A DNA stretch of 4,525 nt from a virus. Lineage: Duplodnaviria > Heunggongvirae > Uroviricota > Caudoviricetes. Each line of letters begins with the position of its first letter. The stretch's first letter is position 1. The notes below the pieces were generated by a model, which did no database searches, had not been told where the DNA came from, and saw nothing but the letters and a program-made list of their open reading frames with translations. This document shows positions 1 through 4,525 of this stretch, one piece after another. The translations under genes were made by a program, and so were the position numbers. The stretch lies in the IMG/VR virus record IMGVR_UViG_2751185970_000012; one strand, written 5' to 3'.

Positions 1-302
1 ACGTCTTCGGTGAACGCACTCTGGCCACACTGGAGCGTCTTCTGAGCCTGCTGTCGGCCTTTGAGGTCGTGGTATGGATGACGGATGGCTGGCCGCTGTA
101 TGAATCACGCCTGAAGGGAAAGCTGCACGTTATCAGCAAGCGTTACACTCAGCGCATTGAGCGACATAATCTGAATCTGAGACAACATCTGGCAAGGCTG
201 GGACGGAAGTCACTGTCGTTCTCAAAATCGGTGGAGCTGCATGACAAGGTCATCGGGCATTATCTGAACATAAAACACTATCAGTAAGTTGGAGTCATTA
301 CC
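1..302 (+). mobile_element. IS1-family insertion sequence, partial: 3' ~300 bp including the right terminal inverted repeat; element continues beyond window start
   Basis: Sequence ends ...CACTATCAGTAAGTTGGAGTCATTACC at 276-302, matching the IS1 terminal repeat as I recall it; encodes InsB C-terminus; exact inverted copy at 4224-4525. Confidence 0.9.
3..287 (+). CDS. insB: IS1 transposase InsB, C-terminal portion (5' end outside window)
   Basis: Frame 3 reads [94 protein letters not shown], stop TAA 285-287; the ORF-track Met at 69 is internal. Confidence 0.9.
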   Translation, partial: VFGERTLATLERLLSLLSAFEVVVWMTDGWPLYESRLKGKLHVISKRYTQRIERHNLNLRQHLARLGRKSLSFSKSVELHDKVIGHYLNIKHYQ

Positions 303-382
303 TCAGGCGGCCTCCTGATGTTCTGAGGGTGCAGAAATCCCTCCGGTTAAGGATTAAATTTTATTTGCTGTGCTAAATTTAA

Positions 383-838
383 TTATTCAGTTTTTATTCC
401 TGCTCTCAAAACAGCCTCTGCCATTCTGATATCCGGATTTTCTGAAATCATCTTTTCCGGCGAGTCGCAATCACCACCACATTCAGTTATGCGTTCATGA
501 CCAAAACGAATTGTGGTTTTGTGCGCATTAATCATTTGTGTAAGCGCATCTGTCAATTCTGCAATGCGTTTGTCTTTAACTTCCAGCTCTTTCAGTAAAG
601 CCAGTACGTCAGGAGCGCTAACATCAACGACGGTTACGCGCGATTTCAGGTAATGCTCATCCGCAAAAGTTCGACCAGTTTTAAAATATCCATCATCCCC
701 CTCACCTGTGCAGGCATACACAATATGCGTTCTGGAAAATATGCGCTGTATCGACATTTCATCGCCACAAACAGGACATTCCGGCACCTGAATTGGTGAA
801 TAACGTTCACGTAATGCCTGGTAATTAGTCTTGCACAC
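383..838 (-). CDS. Hypothetical phage protein, 151 aa, with CPVC and CGGDC cysteine motifs and a central coiled-coil-like segment (LKELEVKDKRIAELTDALTQ); possibly Ead/Ea22-like, family uncertain
   Basis: ORF starts with GTG at 838-836 preceded by TTTTTCAGGAGA (SD-like, 6-nt spacer); stop TAA 383-385; start overlaps upstream gene stop by 14 bp. Confidence 0.6.
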   Translation of the reverse strand: MCKTNYQALRERYSPIQVPECPVCGDEMSIQRIFSRTHIVYACTGEGDDGYFKTGRTFADEHYLKSRVTVVDVSAPDVLALLKELEVKDKRIAELTDALTQMINAHKTTIRFGHERITECGGDCDSPEKMISENPDIRMAEAVLRAGIKTE

Positions 839-1130
839 TGGCTGTCTCCTGAAAAATCACCGCATGCCCCAGTTTCTCCGCCAGCGCCAGTTCTGCCTTA
901 GCGCCTGCTGACCGCTGCCAGCCTTTCAGCATGTAAATCGCATCCACACAACGAATCATCGCCATGCAGATATCCATGTACTGCGGCTGTGTCAGCCCGT
1001 CCGGAAGTACTGCCGGGTTTAAGACGGTATGCCCTTCCCGTTTCAGTTCCTCTTCCGCATTGTGAAACGCCTCACGGTTGAAATTTTTATACCCGGTCAT
1101 TGGACCGGCGATATAGACTCTCACCCTCAC
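825..1130 (-). CDS. DUF4406-like small protein (nucleoside 2-deoxyribosyltransferase-like fold), 101 aa
   Basis: N-terminal VYIAGPMTG and downstream LKGWQRSAGAKAE motifs match the DUF4406 pattern (..IYIAGPMTG...NPA...GW..S.GA..E) as I recall it; GTG start at 1130-1128 overlaps upstream TGA as GTGA; AGGAGG 7 nt upstream. Confidence 0.75.
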   Translation of the reverse strand: MRVRVYIAGPMTGYKNFNREAFHNAEEELKREGHTVLNPAVLPDGLTQPQYMDICMAMIRCVDAIYMLKGWQRSAGAKAELALAEKLGHAVIFQETASVQD

Positions 1131-1549
1131 GCCATCACCTCCTGAAAATTACCCTGATAAAACGACAATATGCGCTGCATAACTTCGCTCTTCCGGCACT
1201 CGCGACAGATTATGTTTAGGCGACTGTCGTAGCGACGTATTTCTCCGTCAGGTAATGACCAGATAAGGTCCGGATCAACCGCAGATGGTTTCTTCAGCTT
1301 TGCCCTTGAGAGCTTTTTACGGGCATTTTGCCAGTCCTTACGCGCCTGTTCAGACGGGAATAACCCGTAACCAGAGTTGTATACATCGCCACTGGCAACC
1401 AGCTCTCTGGCCAGAACGCTCATCAGATATCTTGTTGCCCCAGTTTTAGCTTCCAGTTGTCGTAACGTCTCGCGCCCACTCTGGCGTACGAGTTCAAGAA
1501 CCTGCCCTTTAATTTTTTCCCGCTCTTCTTGTGTAAAAACTTTTGCCAC
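1127..1549 (-). CDS. Hypothetical protein, 140 aa, basic, with possible winged-helix-like N-terminal region; function unknown
   Basis: ORF with GTG start at 1549-1547 preceded by TTTTCAGGAGG (4-nt spacer); lies directly downstream of the replication initiator in the same operon. Confidence 0.6.
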   Translation of the reverse strand: MAKVFTQEEREKIKGQVLELVRQSGRETLRQLEAKTGATRYLMSVLARELVASGDVYNSGYGLFPSEQARKDWQNARKKLSRAKLKKPSAVDPDLIWSLPDGEIRRYDSRLNIICRECRKSEVMQRILSFYQGNFQEVMA

Positions 1550-1589
1550 AAGCCCTCCTGAAAATTACCTCATGACCAGAAATTAACAC

Positions 1590-2660
1590 TTACCCCCTGA
1601 AGCCCGGCGGAATTTCGTTATCCGGTTCAGAAATATGATTCACACAACGCTGGTTGTTCGTGCCGCTTACCGGGAGCAACCAGGGGTTCTCAAAATTCCG
1701 GTCCGGTCCAAAAAACGTCGTCGCTCGCTGAACAAATTCCGTTCCCGTTTTCCCGGTAGCCGCCAGGTATCTTGCGTAACGCCTCACGCCATCCAGCATG
1801 GCCTCTGGTGGCACCCCCTCGCGTAATCTGGCCTTCCAGGCACTGAAAGCGGATTTCTTCGGGTTTGCCCCGGCACGCAACGGGTACTCCCGCCAGACCT
1901 GTTCGAACACATCCGGATAATCCACTCGTCCCACAGACTGCCCGGTGTTTTCCGGGACTACCCGATCGGCTTCCCGCTGAATGGCGGAATCGGCTTCAGG
2001 CTGCTGCAGTTGGTGTGATTGCTCCGGACTTGCGGTCATCGCCTGCTGCACAGCGCCCGAATCGGCTTTCAGCGCATACGCTGAATCGGCTTCCGGTGTC
2101 GTGCCTGCTGGCTGACCAGGATTGACGGTCTGAACATCCCCTGCCTGGTTCGTGGCGTTTTTTACGCCATGGACCATAGTGTTTTGATCTTCTTGATCTG
2201 TATCTTTATCTGTATCTTTATCTGTCGTGACTCGTCGTGACATGTGCGTGACATATCGTGACGCGCCGTGACAATCGCCATTTTGTTCCCGCTTTCTTTC
2301 CCTCTCTCGCTGCGCCCTCTTGCGCTCTGCAGGAGATTTTGCGGTTTGCGAAATATTGCCGTTGTCCTCTTTCAGCACCTGGCGTTTTTCCCATCCAGTG
2401 ATTAAATCACCATCAAGTACCCGCCCCTGCATCGTCTGCAAAATTGAATCAATTACCTCTTCTGTCACGTCGAGCGCACTTGCCAAATCTTCTGTCGTGA
2501 CATCAATGTGACCTCGCGTGACATTTCGTGACGCGCTCACCAGGAGGTGGATATACACTGCCATCACTGTTGCAATTGGCTGCCCTGACACCCTGGCAAT
2601 TGTTCGCCACTTAGGGTCATTTGGCATGTCATGCCATAATCTGAGCCAGGCGTTAGCCAT
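1590..2660 (-). CDS. Phage replication initiation protein (O-like / replisome organiser type)
   Basis: 356-aa ORF from ATG 2660-2658 (AGAGGTG SD about 5 nt upstream); ORF-track start at 2666 is GTG two codons earlier. C-terminal FEQVWREYPLRAGANPKKSAFSAWKARL...FFGPDRNFENPW fits the conserved F..W..YP.K.GK..A..AW motif of phage replication initiators; internal iteron-like repeats; sits after Cro-like and CII-like genes. Confidence 0.8.
   Translation of the reverse strand: MANAWLRLWHDMPNDPKWRTIARVSGQPIATVMAVYIHLLVSASRNVTRGHIDVTTEDLASALDVTEEVIDSILQTMQGRVLDGDLITGWEKRQVLKEDNGNISQTAKSPAERKRAQRERERKREQNGDCHGASRYVTHMSRRVTTDKDTDKDTDQEDQNTMVHGVKNATNQAGDVQTVNPGQPAGTTPEADSAYALKADSGAVQQAMTASPEQSHQLQQPEADSAIQREADRVVPENTGQSVGRVDYPDVFEQVWREYPLRAGANPKKSAFSAWKARLREGVPPEAMLDGVRRYARYLAATGKTGTEFVQRATTFFGPDRNFENPWLLPVSGTNNQRCVNHISEPDNEIPPGFRG
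2196..2231. repeat. 12-bp tandem repeat ATCTGTATCTTT x2 plus a diverged third unit ATCTGTCGTGAC, encoding the acidic (DKDT)n segment of the initiator
   Basis: Direct reading of 2196-2231; abuts the first CGTGAC array; two GATC sites just upstream at 2186-2189 and 2195-2198. Confidence 0.7.
2221..2272. repeat. Iteron-like array 1: five direct CGTGAC repeats at 10-11 bp phasing
   Basis: CGTGAC at 2226, 2236, 2247, 2257 and 2267 (spacings 10, 11, 10, 10); contains the 18-mer GTGACATATCGTGACGCG, nearly identical to one in array 2. Confidence 0.6.
2464..2535. repeat. Iteron-like array 2: CGTGAC / TGTGAC at 10-11 bp phasing plus one inverted copy
   Basis: GTCACG (inverted) at 2464-2469; CGTGAC 2496-2501, TGTGAC 2507-2512, CGTGAC 2517-2522, CGTGAC 2527-2532; 18-mer GTGACATTTCGTGACGCG at 2518-2535 differs by 1 nt from 2248-2265. 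Confidence 0.6.
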
Positions 2661-2731
2661 ACTCACCTCTTTTGATACCGAATCTTTTTACTCACAAATT
2701 GCCGGAAGTGATCCGGTATGAATATTGCGAG

Positions 2732-3157
2732 TCAATGCACAGCCACAATATTTCCTGCAGGGCCACCACGATTCATCTGGTTGAAACCAGCGATCGCCAC
2801 TGCGACAAAATCATCAGCGTCTCTCACCAGTCGTTCCCGCGTCTCCACTAGTTCCCGAAAATAGGCTGAGCTATGGCTGCGCATTCGGGCCACCAGCAGA
2901 GGTGGCATTGCTTTTTCGATAGCTGGTAACAACGCCTGAATTTTTTTAAGCGCATCAGGGGTGTCTTTCTCCACCCAGCGGAAAATTTTCTGAGTATTGC
3001 GAGCCAGGGCTTCCGGATGGCTGTCGTCATACAGTTCCGGGAACGTCATTCCCAGCTCGAAATACGCTTTGGTAATTTTCGCAGCCGGTACTTTTTCGCC
3101 GTCCGGATGCGCCCAGGCATTCATCGCCATGCGGATGTGTTCATGCTTGATTTTCAT
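2732..3157 (-). CDS. CII-like regulator, YdaT-like (Rac prophage type), 141 aa
   Basis: ATG at 3157-3155 with GGGAG SD 7 nt upstream; start overlaps upstream stop as ATGA; N-terminus MKIKHEHI and position right after the Cro-like gene match my recollection of Rac YdaT; not verified by search. Confidence 0.7.
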   Translation of the reverse strand: MKIKHEHIRMAMNAWAHPDGEKVPAAKITKAYFELGMTFPELYDDSHPEALARNTQKIFRWVEKDTPDALKKIQALLPAIEKAMPPLLVARMRSHSSAYFRELVETRERLVRDADDFVAVAIAGFNQMNRGGPAGNIVAVH

Positions 3158-3408
3158 GAATCAACTCCCATCAGCTTTTTCGTAGTAGTTTTATTCCTGC
3201 CAATAGTTAAAATTGCATCGGCAGAAAATAATCCGTTTGATGCAAGAGCGATTTTTTCAGCGTAATTTGTTTCGCCGGTATATTCTGTGCGAGGCAATTT
3301 TCCGTTATCCATCCATTTATAGATTGCTCTTTGGCTGACACCACAAACGTCGGCCACAACAGCAACGCGAACAGTTTTGATTACATCTTCAAGTGTTTTC
3401 TGGTTCAT
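3154..3408 (-). CDS. Cro-like HTH DNA-binding protein (YdaS-like), 84 aa
   Basis: HTH segment VADVCGVSQRAIYKWMDNGKLP; start placed at internal ATG 3408-3406 because it follows TGAGGGTGAT (strong SD, 4-nt spacer); divergent from the repressor gene. Confidence 0.7.
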   Translation of the reverse strand: MNQKTLEDVIKTVRVAVVADVCGVSQRAIYKWMDNGKLPRTEYTGETNYAEKIALASNGLFSADAILTIGRNKTTTKKLMGVDS

Positions 3409-3487
3409 ATCACCCTCACAATGTGAACTTTGAGTACATGCCATAACAGAACTGACAGTACATTCAAGAGCGAATATCATTGAACTT
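3409..3487. promoter_or_regulatory. Divergent promoter/operator region between the Cro-like and repressor genes (OR-like)
   Basis: 79-bp intergenic region between divergent starts; two AGTACAT motifs (3433-3439, 3457-3463); rightward -35 CTGACA 3452-3457, 17-bp spacer, -10 TATCAT 3475-3480, ending 7 bp before the repressor ATG. Confidence 0.5.
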
Positions 3488-3907
3488 ATGGTTCATGAAG
3501 ATAAAGCGCGTAAAGAGTTCGCCAGTAGGCTTGCGCTAGCCTGTGAAAACGCTGGTTATGAACAACATGGAAGGCAGGCAGAAATTGCCCGTCGAATGAA
3601 ATTAACACCAAAAGCGGTTAGCAAATGGTTTAATGGCGAAACAATTCCTCGCCGGGAGAAATTAAGGGAATTAGCAACACTAATAGGAACAACACCAACC
3701 TATCTTTTGGGAGAGGATACAGAAGAAAGTGGACAGGTACGTTTCTATCAGGAGTTAAATCCAAGACAAAAAATCATCATTGACCTTCTGGACGAGCTCC
3801 CTGACAGTGAGACAGATGAACTTTTAAAAACTCTTGAAGAGAAAAAACAGAAGTACAATGCAATTTACGAAGAGTTAGCACGAAAGAAAAAACAAAAAGC
3901 CTCTTAA
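3488..3907 (+). CDS. XRE-family HTH repressor, DicA/RacR-like (CI analogue without S24 peptidase domain), 139 aa
   Basis: HTH segment QAEIARRMKLTPKAVSKWFNGETIPRREKLRELATLIGTTPTYLLGED; acidic/basic helical C-terminus; no peptidase domain; divergent from the Cro-like gene. Confidence 0.8.
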   Translation: MVHEDKARKEFASRLALACENAGYEQHGRQAEIARRMKLTPKAVSKWFNGETIPRREKLRELATLIGTTPTYLLGEDTEESGQVRFYQELNPRQKIIIDLLDELPDSETDELLKTLEEKKQKYNAIYEELARKKKQKAS

Positions 3908-3970
3908 ACCAGCATAAATCCGGTAGCGCCTTCCTCCGGGTTTGTGCTTCACTTTATCCCATCTCATTTT

Positions 3971-4030
3971 TTTACACACAAAATGTACCATAAGCACTTT
4001 ACAACAATGAACGCAAAGTACATTATATAC
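3971..4030 (+). promoter_or_regulatory. Candidate PL-like promoter/operator downstream of the repressor gene
   Basis: ATGTAC 3983-3988 (reverse complement GTACAT) and AGTACAT 4017-4023, the same motif as in the OR-like region; -35 TTTACA 3998-4003, 17-bp spacer, -10 CATTAT 4021-4026. Confidence 0.35.
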
Positions 4031-4204
4031 CTGCCACCCACCCCGCCCCACAGAATGCAGGGCAATACTTCGAGTTACCAGGCAGTGGTCAGGGGTTAAG
4101 TAGCCAGCCCGAGGCGTAAGAACATGACGGCAGGGTTCAACTTTAATAACTATGCAGCAGGTTTTTGTTCCGCTACCCCGGCGTTAAGGGGAAATGAGGT
4201 CAGC

Positions 4205-4228
4205 ATGGATACTATCGATCTTGGGTAA
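4205..4228 (+). pseudogene. 5' remnant of a rightward ORF (MDTIDLG...) interrupted by the IS1 insertion
   Basis: ATG 4205 preceded by TGAGG (5-nt spacer); reading frame runs directly into the IS1 terminus at 4224 and stops at TAA within it. Confidence 0.3.
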
Positions 4229-4525
4229 TGACTCCAACTTACTGATAGTGTTTTATGTTCAGATAATGCCCGATGACCTTGTCATGCAGCTCCACCGATT
4301 TTGAGAACGACAGTGACTTCCGTCCCAGCCTTGCCAGATGTTGTCTCAGATTCAGATTATGTCGCTCAATGCGCTGAGTGTAACGCTTGCTGATAACGTG
4401 CAGCTTTCCCTTCAGGCGTGATTCATACAGCGGCCAGCCATCCGTCATCCATACCACGACCTCAAAGGCCGACAGCAGGCTCAGAAGACGCTCCAGTGTG
4501 GCCAGAGTGCGTTCACCGAAGACGT
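4224..4525 (-). mobile_element. IS1-family insertion sequence, partial: inverted copy identical to 1-302; continues beyond window end
   Basis: 4224-4525 is the exact reverse complement of 1-302; terminal repeat GGTAATGACTCCAACTTACTGATAG faces inward. Confidence 0.9.
4239..4523 (-). CDS. insB: IS1 transposase InsB, C-terminal portion (5' end outside window)
   Basis: Translation identical to the InsB fragment at 3-287. Confidence 0.9.
   Translation of the reverse strand, partial: VFGERTLATLERLLSLLSAFEVVVWMTDGWPLYESRLKGKLHVISKRYTQRIERHNLNLRQHLARLGRKSLSFSKSVELHDKVIGHYLNIKHYQ

Noticed and set aside
326-344. Hairpin GAGGGTGCAGAAATCCCTC as a terminator of the leftward operon
   Set aside because: For the minus-strand operon there is no U-run after the stem, and for the plus strand the T-rich tract is about 20 nt away; no convincing intrinsic terminator.
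2221-2535. CRISPR array as an explanation for the CGTGAC repeats
   Set aside because: The repeats are 6 bp at 10-11 bp spacing with no unique spacers of CRISPR size, and they lie inside a coding sequence; this is inconsistent with CRISPR.
2661-2666. GTG at 2666 as the initiator start (ORF-track start)
   Set aside because: The ATG two codons downstream (2660) has better spacing to the AGAGGTG Shine-Dalgarno; either is possible, and the protein differs by only two residues.
1377-2721. Plus-strand ORFs 1377-1586, 1635-1826, 1865-2125, 2320-2511 and 2518-2721 (63-86 aa)
   Set aside because: All lie antisense to the long minus-strand initiator and 140-aa genes, have no convincing ribosome-binding sites, and give low-complexity translations; they are shadow ORFs.
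2890-2897. Chi site (GCTGGTGG on the minus strand)
   Set aside because: A single octamer in 4.5 kb of enterobacterial-type DNA is expected by chance; no evidence of a functional role here.
2848-3265. ORFs 2848-3030 (-), 2997-3185 (+) and 3017-3265 (+)
   Set aside because: They overlap the CII-like and Cro-like genes in other frames or on the opposite strand, with no start signals; treated as non-coding.
3409-3480. Longer 108-aa form of the Cro-like ORF starting at 3480
   Set aside because: The extension (MIFALECTVSSVMACTQSSHCEGD) would lie in the divergent promoter/operator region and has no ribosome-binding site; the internal ATG at 3408 follows a strong GAGGGTGAT site.
4028-4110. C-rich/G-rich segment (CCACCCACCCCGCCCC ... 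GGTCAGGGG) as a possible small RNA or structured element
   Set aside because: I could not find a stable, unambiguous pairing by eye and there are no flanking promoter/terminator signals; too weak to report.

Overview
The window is the segment between two identical, inverted partial IS1 copies (1-302 and 4224-4525, each carrying the 3' end of insB and the right terminal inverted repeat facing inward). The ~3.9 kb between them looks like the immunity and replication core of a lambdoid, Rac/DicA-type prophage. A rightward XRE-family repressor gene (3488-3907, no peptidase domain) faces a leftward operon of six tightly packed genes: a Cro-like HTH protein, a CII-like (YdaT-like) regulator, a replication initiator, a 140-aa hypothetical, a DUF4406-like protein and a 151-aa Cys-containing coiled-coil protein. 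The most interesting signal is inside the replication initiator gene: two arrays of CGTGAC repeats spaced 10-11 bp apart, which I interpret as a candidate iteron origin embedded in its own initiator gene, as in lambda O. AGTACAT motifs flank the repressor gene on both sides (candidate OR/OL-like operators), and a 16-bp exact repeat carrying a Shine-Dalgarno sequence precedes two GTG-initiated genes. All identifications rest on reading the translations and DNA by eye and on recalled family signatures; no database search was run.
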